From Hypanus sabinus (lineage: Eukaryota): a stretch of 64,000 nucleotides of DNA. Shown one piece after another: positions 1 to 12,600 of this stretch. The notes below the pieces were generated by a model that searched no databases, had not been told where the DNA came from, and saw nothing but the letters and a program-made list of their open reading frames with translations. The stretch is taken from NCBI RefSeq assembly GCF_030144855.1, contig NC_082713.1, forward strand, positions 22,320,001 through 22,384,000, given 5' to 3'. Each line of letters begins with the position of its first letter. Positions within the stretch are counted from its first letter, which is position 1. Both the position numbers and the translations under genes were made by a program.

Positions 1-835
1 TTCTTCGCCTGGATCCTAGCCCTCCATCAATGTACCTATCCAAATTTCTCTTAAATATTGAAATCAAACCTGCATCCACCACTTCCACTGGCAGTCCATT
101 CCACACTCTCACCAGCCTCTGAGTGAAGACGTTCCCCCTCATGTTTCTCTTAAGTGTTTCACCTTCCACACTTAACTCATGACCTCTATATCTAGCATCA
201 TCCAAACTCAATGGAACAAGCATGCTTGCATTTACCCTATTGTAATTTTGTATACCTCTATCAAATCTCGCCTCATTCTCCTTTGCTCCAAGGAATAATG
301 TCTCAACCCATTCAAACTTTCACTATATCTGAGGGTCTCAAGTCCTGGCAACACGTTGAAAATTTTCCTTGCATTCTTTCAATCTTACATCTTTCCTGTA
401 GATTGCTGACCAAAATTGCAGACAATGCTCCAAATTAGGCTTCACCAACATCTTACACAACTCCAACATAACTTTCCATCTTCTATACTCAATACTTTGA
501 TTTATAAAGGGCAATATGCCTAAAGCTCTCTTTATGACCCTATTTACTTGTGATGACCCTTTGAAGGAAATTACAGATCCATGTCCCCAGATCCCTCTGT
601 TCTGCCACTCTCCTCAGTGCCCTACCGCTACCTTGGTCTGTCCTCACAAAATACAATACCTCACACTTGTCTGCATTAAGCACCACCTGCCACTTTTCAG
701 CCCATTTTTCCAGTATTGATAGCCTCCTTCATCGTCCACTGCACTCCCAGTCTTGGTGTCATCTACAAATTTGTTAATCTAGTTTATCACATTATTATCT
801 AAATATTTGATATGGATAGCAAATGCACCCAGCAC
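1..835 (-). mobile_element. CR1-clade LINE, 3' part of ORF2, decayed
   Basis: Minus strand reads KFVDDTK at about 750-772, followed by the typical CR1 ORF2 C-terminal region. Confidence 0.8.
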
Positions 836-1032
836 TACTGGCTGCGAGTCAGGGCTTTTGAATTGTATATGGGTGGAGGAAGTACCCAAGGAAAGGATGT
901 AAGCACGTTTCAGTTCCAAACTGATATAACAAAAAAAAATCTCCTCTCCTCTTAAATGTATGGATCAAACACTGACAGAATTTGGGACTATGTTACCATG
1001 TCTGGCCAATAAAAATGCCAAAATTCCAAAAG

Positions 1033-1225
1033 CAACCCATACAAAATGCTGGAGGAACTCAACAGGTCAGGCAGCATCTATGAAAATGAACAAACATCCA
1101 ATGTTTCTGGTCTCAGCCTGAAACATCAACTGCAGTCCTTTCTGTTGATGCTGCCTGGCCTGCTGAGTTCCTCCAGCAATTTGTGTGTGTTGGTTGGATT
1201 TCCAGCATCTGCAGATTTTCTCTTG
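1033..1225. mobile_element. Short palindromic (foldback) element, Penelope-derived family
   Basis: Inverted arms caaaatgctggaggaactcaacaggtcaggcagcatc / gatgctgcctggcctgctgagttcctccagcaatttg; centre retains tctcagcctgaaacatc. Confidence 0.75.
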
Positions 1226-1229
1226 ATTC

Positions 1230-1690
1230 GGAAATAAAGATGTTGGTGAGTTTTCTGGACTGTGGCATCTTCGTGATTGGACCAAGACAGGTTATTAATG
1301 ATGTTCACTCCTTGCAACCTAAGGTTGCCAACACATTCAAATTCAGCTTTGTTGATGTCGATAGGAACATGTGCAACAAACCTCTTCCTGAAGTCAGTGA
1401 TCAAATCTTCAAGGAAAAGGCTGTTGTCATGACGTCATGTTGCAAAGCTTCCTGTCTTCTTTCCGTACTCTGACACATCGTTATCTGAGCTATGGCCCAC
1501 TGTGGTGGTTTCATCTGCAAACTTGTAGATGGATTTAATGCATAATCCGGCCATGTGAGAGTACAGGGAATAGAGAAGGGGGCAGAGGATGCAACCTTGT
1601 GGTGCACCAGTGCTGAGAATAATCTATCCTTACTGATTGCAGTGAGCCTCATATGCCACCACGTTTCTATGGCCAATCCCCATTCTGTGC
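1230..1690 (-). mobile_element. Rex1/Babar-type LINE RT fragment
   Basis: Minus-strand ORFs 1126..1404 (ITDFRKR...LGV-like...LSWSNH...HLYF) and 1401..1676. Confidence 0.7.
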
Positions 1691-2493
1691 AAGTTGAAAG
1701 ATCACAGACAATGAGTTGGAAAGGAGAAAAAACTTATATTGCTAACAGGAAGCCGGGTATAACATCACACATGCATATACAGACTAAGATAAGATCAGAC
1801 TTAGCAATGGTAGCAGTCACATAGACCACATTGTGTTCGTACATTGACGTGTTTTTACGTGCGATACAGAAGCTGCTGCTATTTATATCCCCATTTGTAA
1901 TGTCAAGAAAAAATTATAACTCTTGCAATCACCTGTCACATTAAGGTATAAAGTAAGGGACTTATAATCTATTGTCCAGAATTTATAAGTCCCGCCCTGA
2001 CAATTGGAGGACTCTACTTCAGTTATGTAATCTGAAGTTAATAAATTATTTTCAGATAAGAGGATTTTTTGAAGAAGAGGGCTGTCCAGCTAAGAGAGAC
2101 TAAATAGTCTCTCATAGTCTTCCAATGGCCTGTATCCATTGGAATTTGGAAGATTGAGGGGAGTTTATTAAAACAGTTAAGATCCTAACAGGGCTTGACA
2201 AAGTAGCTGACGGGATATTTTTGCTAGTGGGAGATTCTCGAAAAAGGGAACACAACTACAAGATAAGGATGTAGTCAGTTACGAGTGAGGTGAGTGAAAA
2301 CTTTTTCTCACAGGCAGTGCTGTATCTCTGGAGTTCTCTGTCCTGGATGTTGTATCACGAAGAGTATTTAAAGTGGAGGGAGGTATGGAGAATTGAGACA
2401 GAAGAGTTGAAGCCAGTAGGAAAATTATCCATAATCATGTTAAATGGCAAAAAAGCCTCGAAGGGCCTAGATGCCTAATCCTGCTCCTATTTT

Positions 2494-3050
2494 AGAACAT
2501 AGGGCTGTATAGCCTAGTACAGGCCCTTTGGCCCACGACACTGTGACAGCCTAAATAAACCTACTCCATGAGCAATCTCAAAGCTGTATATAGTATACAT
2601 ACTTGGATAATAAATATACTTTGAACATTGAATCTAACCCCTCTCTCCCAAGTAGCCTATAACCCTCCAATTTTATGACAACCGTATAGCTATCTAAATG
2701 TCTTTTAAACATCCCTTTTGAGTCAGCCTCTATCACCACCACCAGCAGGGTATTCCAGGCACCCACAGCTATCCATGTAAAAAACAATGCCTGACTTCTC
2801 CACTCATCTTAAAAGGATGTCCCCTGGAATTAGGCAATGTTGCCCTGGGGCAAAGGTTCTGGCTGTCCATTGTATGGTGCCTCTTATCACCTTATACACC
2901 TCTATGAAATTGCCTCCTTTGCTCCAAGAAAAGAAGCCTTGGTTCATTCAAGCTTTCTACATAAGACATTCTCTAATCCAGGTGCCATCCTGGTAAATCT
3001 CCTCTGTGCCTTCTTTAAAACTTCCACATACTTCCTATAGTGAGGGAACA
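2494..3050 (-). mobile_element. CR1 LINE 3' end
   Basis: ORF 2578..2787 (FFT...WN.L...VVIEADS..MFKRHLD) and CR1-type 3' UTR. Confidence 0.75.
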
Positions 3051-3054
3051 CAAT

Positions 3055-3157
3055 AAATGTCCTGACGAAGGGTCTCAGCCCGAAACGTCAACAGTACTTC
3101 TTCCTGTAGATGCTGCCTGGCCTGCTGTGTTCCACCAGCATTTTGTGTGTGTTGCTT
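3055..3157 (+). ncRNA. Minimal type-I hammerhead ribozyme core within a Penelope-derived terminal repeat
   Basis: CTGACGA (3062-3068), stem II GGG/CCC, GAAA (3082-3085), CGTC (3086-3089); followed by the foldback-family arm. Confidence 0.6.
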
Positions 3158-3562
3158 ACAATGAATGCTCTTGTGGGTCTTGAGATGTACGACAGTAGTG
3201 ATGTCTAGAAAAGTACCAAACGTGTTCAGTTTATGAATACACAGTAATTTATCTATCCTTATTCAGTCTGGTCCACGTCTCCCTAAAACCACAGCAGTGT
3301 GGTCGACTCTCCCCCTCCTACTGAGTCTCTCAGTTCAAGGACAATTAGCTTTGCCATTGATGCTTATCAATTAATTTTAAAAATGTGTTTTCCAGCAAGT
3401 CATAAGTAGACAATGGAAATTTGATTTAAAAACTATGAATGAATATAAATTCTATGACACTCCCAGGTTAATCGGTGCTAGAATTCAGAAATCACGTTTT
3501 TGGGGTAAATAGGTTGCATTCACACTGTTACTTTACAAGTTGTTTTGGATCGTTTCTTGCAG

Positions 3563-3607
3563 ATGGAGTATTGCTGATTGACCCAGAGTACCTAAAGGAC
3601 AGGAAAG
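3563..3607 (+). CDS. arr3: Arrestin exon 4 (45 nt): [15 protein letters not shown]
   Basis: ttcttgcag|ATGGAG...AGGAAAG|gtaagg; size and phase match the conserved arrestin exon. Confidence 0.93.
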
Positions 3608-6600
3608 GTAAGGACGCTGAGCTGATACGCTGCACTTAAATCACTGAACTAAATTTGCTGCTTCCCGGTGACATAGATAGATTAGAGATTAGCTTTATTT
3701 GTCACATGTACATCGAAACATACAGTGAAATACGTCGTTGGCACCAAATCATATCAGCAAGGATTGTGCTGGGCAGCAGCCAAGAGTCGCCAGGCCTTTG
3801 GCTCCAACAGCTTACTAATTCCTGCCCATATATCTTTGGAATGTGAGAGGAAACCAGGGCAGCTAGAGAAAACCCACATGGCCACGGGGAGAGCGTAAAA
3901 CTCCCTACAGATAGTGGCAGCGATCGAACTCTGAACCTACAGCCAGTGCTGAAAAGAGATGTGCTAACCTTATGCTACCATGCCATCCCTAAGCTGCCCC
4001 CGATTTATGGGCTGACCTCTGATCCCTGTTAGCACCCTGTGTTTCAGCAGTAGCTACATGATAAGAAATGGCTCAACTCCGTGTCTTGTGTACCTCACTG
4101 TCACTTAAGTAAACTTGCTCTTGAATGTATGTTTCCTTTGCTGAAAATGACTTATTAGTGGATTATTGGAGTGTTTGTTGTGTGACATGAGCCACACCAC
4201 ACAAATTGAAAAGCTGCAGATGCTGGAAATAAAAATTTTAATAAAACAGGAATTAGTGCAAGTACTCAGTAGAAATAGGGCAGCATCTATGGTAGAAAGA
4301 ACAGAATTAATATTGCAGATTTGATAAAGGGTCTTCAATCTGAACTATTAACTCTGTTTCTATTTCCTCAGATGCTGTGTATCTGCCAAAGATTTCCAGC
4401 ACTTCCAGCTTTCCCTTCTTAAGTCAGCTCTCTTGCACTCAGGGTGACATCTTTTGAAACATTCACACTCACACTATACCTCTTGTACCTAACAAAGTGG
4501 CCACTGAGTTTTAAGTTTGTGGTCTTCTACTGCTGTAGTCCATTCACTTCGAAGTTTGTCATATTCAGCATGCAGAGATGTTCATCTGCACACCACTGTT
4601 GTAACTTGTGAATATTTGAGTTGCTGTCACCTTCCTGTCAGCTTGAAACAGTCTGGCCATTCTCCCCTGAATTCTCTCATTAAAAAGGCATTTTTTGACC
4701 ACAGAACCGTCGCTTACTGGATGTATTGTTGTTTTCTTTTGCACCATTCTCTGTAAACTCTAAAGACTCAGTCGTGGAAATCGCAGGAGATAAGCAGTTT
4801 CTGAGATTTTCTGGTACAAGCAACTGGTCAGTCATTTAGGTCACATTTCTTCCCATTCTGATGTTTAGTCTGAACAAAATCTTGACCTTATCAACACAGT
4901 TTTATGCTTTGAGTTTCTGCCACATGATTCACTGATACAATATTTGCAATAATAAACAGGTGTAGAGCTGTACCTGATAAAGTGACCGCTGAGTGTACTT
5001 TCTAGTGATAAATTCAATGCATGGGATTTAATTTTGGGTGTCTACTGATTGGGTGAACAATCCTGTCTCTGACAAGAGAAACAAATGAAACAGAATAGAT
5101 CCAAATCTGGGCCCCTTTCTCCTTAATGTCAATGTCCAGTTTTAACATCTCACACATTTTAACATTGTACTTCAAATCAACAAAAATCAACCCCTCCCCC
5201 CACTGAAACAAACATTTAGTAAGATGTTCCGTACATTTGACTGTCTGACAGAGCTTTGTGAATCCATGGAATATGGGCCTTTCAGATTTCCAGAATTATT
5301 TTTATTTTAAAAGTGCCAAATAGGTGAATGGGGATATTAAACTCATTGACAACAGTCAACTGCACCTGGTTAAAATCTTGTGCTCTCAGCAGCTTTAAAG
5401 TAAACTGTTCTCACACCGTCTATTTGCAACCTGTACGCAAACAAATGCAAAATCTGACATTAAGCTGAGTAACAATTTGAAACATTTCTAATGCATGGGT
5501 TTTCTAAAAGGCATTTCTTTTCCCTCAAAAGAAATTTTAAGAAAATCACTCACCTTTTACGGAACTAATGCTGTGAAGTCCCGGTTTGGGGTTGGTGGTG
5601 TGAGAGGTGGTAGAAGTGTAAGAAAGTCAGTGATAGTCTTATTCTCTCACACTACCAATTTTATGTTGCCTTATTGAAGTTTTAACTAGCAGGCTGAAAG
5701 AACTCGGTAACCCCAGGGTGCATAAGTACACTGGGCCACCTGAATACTCAATTTCTATTTGTGGACATGGTTTATGATTATTTTGTAAGCTTCACAAGTA
5801 GATATAACCCAGTATCTGCAGCTTGATAAGGCTGCAGTACAGCGAAGCAGATAAAGATTGTGATGAAAAAACAAAACGTGTATTTAAAAAGCATAGAAAA
5901 CCTGCAGCACAATGAAGGCCCTTTGCCCATAATCCTGTGCTGAACATGTACTTACTTTTGAAATTACCTAGGGTTACCCATAGCTCTCTATTTTTCTAAG
6001 CTCTATGTATTAATCCAGGAGTCTCTTTAAAGATCCCATTGTATCCGCCTCCACCACCATTGATGGCAGCCCATTCCACGCACTCACCACTCTCTGTGTA
6101 AAAAAATGTACCCCTGACATCTCCTCTGTACCTACTTCCAAGCACCTTAAAACTGTGTCCTCTTGTGCTAGCCATTTCAGCCCTGGGAAAAAAGCTTCTG
6201 ACTATCCACACAATAAATGCCTCTCATCGTCTTATACACCTCTATCAGGTCACCTCTCATCCTCCGCCACTTCAAGGAGAAAAGGCCGAGTTCACTCAAC
6301 CTATTCTCATAAGGCATGCTTCCCAATCTAGGCAACATCCTTGTAACTCTCCTCTGCACCCTTTCTACAGTTTCCACATCATTCCTGTAGTGAGGTGAAC
6401 AGAACTGAGCACAGTACTCCAAGTGGGATCTGACCAGGGTCCTATGTAGCTGTAACATTATCGCTCAACTCTTAAACTCAATCCCATGGTTGATGAAGGC
6501 CAATGCACCATATGCCTTCTTAACCACAGAGTCAACCTGCGCAGCAGCTTTGAGTGTCCTTTGGACCCAGACTCCAAGATCCCTCTGATCCTCCACACTG

Positions 6601-9600
6601 CCAAGAGTCTTACCATTACTACTATATTCTGCCATCACATTTGACTTACCAAGATGAACCACTTCACACTTATCCGGGTTGAACTCCATCTGCCACTTCT
6701 CAGCCCAGTTTTGCATCCTATCAATGTCCCATTGTAACCTCTGATAGCCCTCCACACTATCCACAACACCCCCAACCTTTGTGTCATCAGCAAACTTACT
6801 AACCCATCCCTCCACTTCCTCATCCAGGTTATGGATAAAAATCACGAAGAGAATGGGTCCCAGAACAGATCCCTGAGGCATACCACTGGTCACCAACTTC
6901 CATGCAGAATATGACCCATCTACAACCACTCTTTGCCTTCTGTGGACAAGTCAGTTCTGGATCCACAAAGCAATGTCCACTTGGATTCCATTCCTACTTA
7001 CTTTCTCAATAACCTTGCATGGAGTACCCTATCAAATGTCTTGCTGAAATCCATATACACTACATCTACTGTTCTACTTTCAACTATGTGTTTAGTCACA
7101 TCCTCAAAAAATTCAATCAGGCTTGTAAGGCATGATCTGCCTTTGACAAAGCCATGCTGACTACTCCTAATCATGTTATGCCTGACCAAATGTTCATAAA
7201 TCCTGCTTCTCAGTATTTATTAGAGAACATTCCGAGGAACTAGGACTTCAGCACAAATGGATCATTTATGGAGTCCAATGATGCTACTTAGACAAAGTAT
7301 GTAGGTTGACATATATAATTCATGAATGTATCTTGGTGATACTGTGATCCTTCTAAAAGCAATCCACAAATGCTTGAAAGACCTAGGATAATAGGAACAT
7401 GAAAAGGTTGCTCAGTTCTTTGAGCTTGTATTGTCATTCAAATAAAATATGTGACCTATATAGCTTCCATGTCTACATTGTCTCTGAATACCCAAGTGCT
7501 CATGCCCAACAAATATCAACCAATATTAGATGTCAAGTGTTTCAGTCTGCTTTGCAAACCCCCTCTTCCCCTTCACTGATGAATTAAAAGGAGAAAGGTT
7601 CACAGAACATAGAGCCAAAACTCTCCCCTGTACTCACATGTCACCCTCCCCAGCTAATTCAGAGATCATGGGCTCTCTTTTTGTGGCAACTTCTCTTTGT
7701 GGCTTGGTTGTGTATTTTGCTAAAGTGTTTTATATTTGGAATGCCATGTTTACCACAGTTTTTCAGTAATTGTTTACCAAGTTCTCTGAACTTCAATTTA
7801 CACAGTTTATGTGATATTGACGTGTGCATTCCGATATGGCCGTGAAGATTTGGACGTTATCGGCCTTAGTTTCCGAAAGGATATTTACTCAGAGGCAATC
7901 CAGGTCTATCCACCACTTCCCAAAAACAAGAAGCAACTGACCTCACTGCAGGAGAAATTGACTAACAAACTGAAGGAGAACTGCTACCCTTTCTGCTTTG
8001 AGGTGGGCTCTAACAGTACAAATCGTCATATTTGCTATTTAAGCTAAGGTTAGGGAGCTCTCAAGGTCTGACAGGCCTCGACAACTGGAGTCTAACCTTT
8101 GGGCAGGTTTACAGCTATGATTGCTGGATTGTGGGTTTGAGGATCAGGGGAGGAATGTTGATGAAGAGCTGGGAGGCAGAATTCTTCTCCCTCTGAGAAA
8201 ATCTGCTGCAGCATCTTTCCTTTCAGCCCAAAGATTCACAACTGTTAACCTGTTTATGGACCGGAAAAATTGCCTCCTAAAACGTTGTAATGACAGATTC
8301 AGAATGCAGATTGGACATCCTACTCCCTTTGAAGTATTGATATTGAAATGCCAATTCCTCACCTGTTCATCTTTATTAATGACCCACTTACTTTGACACA
8401 GGGGCCCTACATTAACTGCCCCTGCATTACATATAATATGCTCAAATTCCATATTTAAGTATTTATAAATCTAACATCATTTATCATGTAAGATATGCAT
8501 AATTTATAAAGGAATGATTTGCTTCATTTCAGTTTGCTACTTATTCTACATTCTGTGAGAGAAATGTTCCTTGTAACTATTGTTCTTACTTAAGATCTCT
8601 GAAGAACCTAAAGGGAATGAAGTGCTTATAACCACAACATTATCTGTGTTGAAAGGCATGTTAATCTTCTTTTCCCTGATGAAGATAAGCTTATCTCTGT
8701 AAATCCCTCCTTATGATGGGTCATAAGCTGCCACAGTGTCTCATAAATCCACAACCTCACCATCAAAATGGTCAAAGACTGCAGGTGCACGGGAAAACCT
8801 CTGCCGCCAGATTCCTCTCCAAGCCAGCCAACTTCCTGATTTGAAAACACAGTGCCATTCCTTCTTTGTTGCTGGGTCTAAAACCAGGAACTTCCTACTC
8901 AACAGCACTATTGAGTATCTTCACGGGGGAATGTATGAAAGTGGTTCACACCACCTTCTCAAGGGCAGTTGCTATCGATAATAAATACTGGCCTTGCCGG
9001 CAGCGCCCCTGTCCAGAGAATGAATGAAACAAATGGATACAAATTAATGTCAGTTAAAGTGACCATAAGACCATTTTGCCTATTGAGTCTACTCCGCCAT
9101 TCCATCATGGCTGATTTATAATCCCTCTCCGCCCCATCCTCCTAGTTTTCCTCGTAATCTTTAAATTTATTTAAATCTTACACCCATGTCACAACACGAG
9201 GGAGTAAAAATCTTTGTGTTATGACTCTGTTGCAACGTACGGACATGTGAATTTAAAAGTCTAATGGTTTGTAGAAAGAAGCTGTCTCGTAGCCTGTTGG
9301 TCCCGGCTTTAATGCTGTGGTAGTGTTTGCCAGACAGAAGCAGCTAAATTTATGGTTGGGGTGACCGGTGTCCCCAATGATCTTCCAGGCCTTCTTTCTG
9401 CACTTGCTGCTATAAATGTCCTTAATGTCCTTACTAATCAAGAACCTATCAACTTTGTCTTTAAATATACGCAATGACTTTTGACCATGGTAGCTGTCTT
9501 TAGCTATGAATTCCACAGACTCACCACACTCTGTCTAAAGAAGTTCCTCATCTCTATTCTAAAATGATGTAATTGTATCCATTTATGATAAACAATACAT

Positions 9601-12600
9601 TTCCAAGTTTATATTTTAAGTTATTTTACACCAAAATTATTCATATCTTTACAGATTCCAACCAACCTGCCATGTTCAGTAACTTTACAACCTGGCCCGG
9701 ATGACCATGGAAAGGTAAAAGTGCTTCTTGTCAGTAAACAGATTGAATGGTGTAAGCATATTCCTTGCATTACCATGGGAATGAGGTGAAAAATGTGGTT
9801 AAACAGCAACTTCCTCAGACAGATTAATTACTTCTCTCACTCCATGCCAACATAACAGGCTTGGTAACCTGTCTTACGGATCTTTTTGGAAAGTCACTTC
9901 ACAGTACTCTACTGGACTTCACAGTACTCTACTGGATGAGGGAAGGAAGAAAATTACCTCCAGCTCTAATGCTGGCTGCTGAAATATCAGGTCTGGGGCC
10001 TGGCAGGGGGAAAGAGTGAAGGGGAGATCATTTCAATACCAGACAAACCCAGGTGATCTAAGCATCTCTTTAAGGCTAGTAGTGCTGTGGTTCAGATGGT
10101 TGAACCAGAGATAGCACTCTGTCTTTTCTCTTGCATCTCAACAATGCAACCAGATTTAGTGTCATTGACTTAGAGACAAATCCAGCATGGAAACAAGCCT
10201 TTGGCTTAGTTCACATCAAACATCAACCACCCATTTACTCTCACCTCATTCTTTTATCGTCCCCACTTCCCCCCCCCCATCCCCAAATTCTACGACTGTA
10301 CATATGAGGTCATCTACAGTGGCTAATTAACCCACCAATTAGTATGTCTTTAGGAGAAAAATGGTGCACCGTGAGGGGCAACCCATGTGATTACAAGGAA
10401 ACATTCAAACTCCACATACATAGCACCAGGTCAGGACTGACTACCATAACTTAACTCTAGTGCATTGGTGGGCAGTAGAAAGAGAGGGGAGCAAATTTGC
10501 ATGTGGGGAGCATTGAGTAGGATTAATATAGATGGGTGTTTAATTGTCAGGACAAGTGGCTAAAGGGTCTGTTTTCATACTTGATGGCGTTACGGAATCA
10601 GCTCTCTGGTTCTGGTGACATATAGCCTGCTGATCATTTAAACACTTTGCAACAGGAGGCTTCTTGCCTGTAGTAACAGATTGTCATGCTACCATGTTAC
10701 CTCTGATCTCCGTCCATTTCCTCTCCAGCAAAGAGCACTTCTTCCAGTAACTCTGCAAAGTGCCATTCATCTCAACGTGCAACTATTGTGCTTTGGAACG
10801 TCTCCTTGTTTTATCCCAACCAGAAGACCTTGACACATTAAGGAGATCTCTATGCAGGATGGGCAAATGTACATCAAATGAAAATGAGGGAAAATCAGCT
10901 TCAGGTAGCATGTGGGGATCACTGCTTCCAATCAAGATGGCGCCGTGCTGTGGTCTCCGTTGAGCTTGTGGCTGAGACTGGTTGTTTTCAAAATTGTCTT
11001 GTCGGTATAGTTTTGTGGACAGAACGGGCAGGTAGAGGCTGCCTGACCTGCAGAGTTTCTCCAGCATATTGTGTGTGCAGGCAGGTAGAGTCAGGTTAGG
11101 GTTTAGGGAAAGGGATGGTGGGGTCTTGGATCAGGCCAGAGCCTAGGCCTCCGTTCTGTGCTCAAAGGCCAATGACGCGGACATGGTCGAGGGTTGGGGC
11201 TGGATGGCAGGGAGGAACGGGACCTGATTTGCTGTTGTTTTGTTGCTTGTTGTGGTTCTGTGTTGTAGGCAGGCTATGTTGGCACTGGCTTCCCACAGCA
11301 CATACTTAGGTTGTGATGGTTATTAATGCAGATATGCACTGTATGTTTTACATTTATTCGTTATGTTCCATGTAATATGACAACAGGCAATCATGGACTT
11401 TCCATGGTCATGTCTTCTTCAGGGCAATGTCTCTACAAGACAGGTGATCCCATCCATTATCAATACTCTTCAGAGATTGTCTGCCTGGTGTCAGTGGTCG
11501 CATAACCAGGACTTACTATACGCACCAGTTGTTCATACAACGTGCTCCCATGGCTTCATATGACCTTGACTGAGAAGGACGGTTAAGCAGGTGCTACACC
11601 TTGCCCAAGGGTGACCTGTAGGCTAGTGAAGGGAAGGAGCACTTGCACCTCTTTTGGAAAAGACACCCATATATTTTATGTGAAAATGATTAATAAAATG
11701 AGTCTGAATCTGTGAGCAGGTATGCAAAGTATTTAAGGCAGAGCAATATCTCCATCTGCTGGTAGAGAAAAGCAACAATTCTGTTCCATGCAAAGAGAAG
11801 GATGGGGCCCTTCTTAGGAAGTGAGCCTCTAACTATCTCTTTGCTTCTTCTGTGCCGAAGTACAACTATGTCATGACTTCAGTGACAGATTGATGGGAGT
11901 GCTGAAGTCTTCTTGCCTTTAGTGTTGGGCACTTGCCTGTACAAACTGGAAGCACATTTGCATGACTGAATCCCTTTTGCCAAAATGCAAATACAGTCGA
12001 ACGCATTTCACAAAGTGCCATTCATCCGGCAGGAAGTGGGTAGAGAGCATAAGCAACATACAACCCCAACGATATGACAGGCTCTCACCACAGGCGAGCA
12101 GCATCCTGACACTGAAAAAACGACAGGTTTCAATGCAAATGTGCTCATCAATCAGAGACGTGACCCTGTGCCAAAACTCCTTTTGTACAAAAACACACTG
12201 AAATGTTTTAAATCTGCTCACCAATATTTGCTAAATGACACAAAGTATGTCAGATGCAGATTAATATAAACTGTGGTAAACATGCAGTGCATCCTGCGGA
12301 TGACAGCAGCCTCTTTCAAAATTAAGACCATGTCACATGAGGTGCCAAGATAGATGATGTTGTGAACTAGAGCAAGGTAGGTTAGGGCATCAGAATAGTG
12401 CTCCAATATCTGAACCCTCAAAGCTGATTTGTGATTTTTATGTAGTCTTATTTATAAAGTAAATCACTTTTTTGTAACAAGAACAACAGGGAACTTATCA
12501 TTGAATTTGGAGGAGGTGGATTAATTGAAGTCAGAGCAGATGTTCTTGAGTAATACTGTAACAGGGTTCCTCAGCTGAAGGGTCTCAGCTGAAAACATTT

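Noticed and set aside
1-3562. Arrestin exons 1-3 (start codon, KKxS, IYLGKRDF)
   Set aside because: No matching exon found; the region is mostly repeats, so these exons are presumably upstream of the window
7811-8047. ORF-track entry as a standalone 78-aa gene (likewise 13920..14126 and 18467..18769)
   Set aside because: These are internal exons read through into introns, with non-ATG starts
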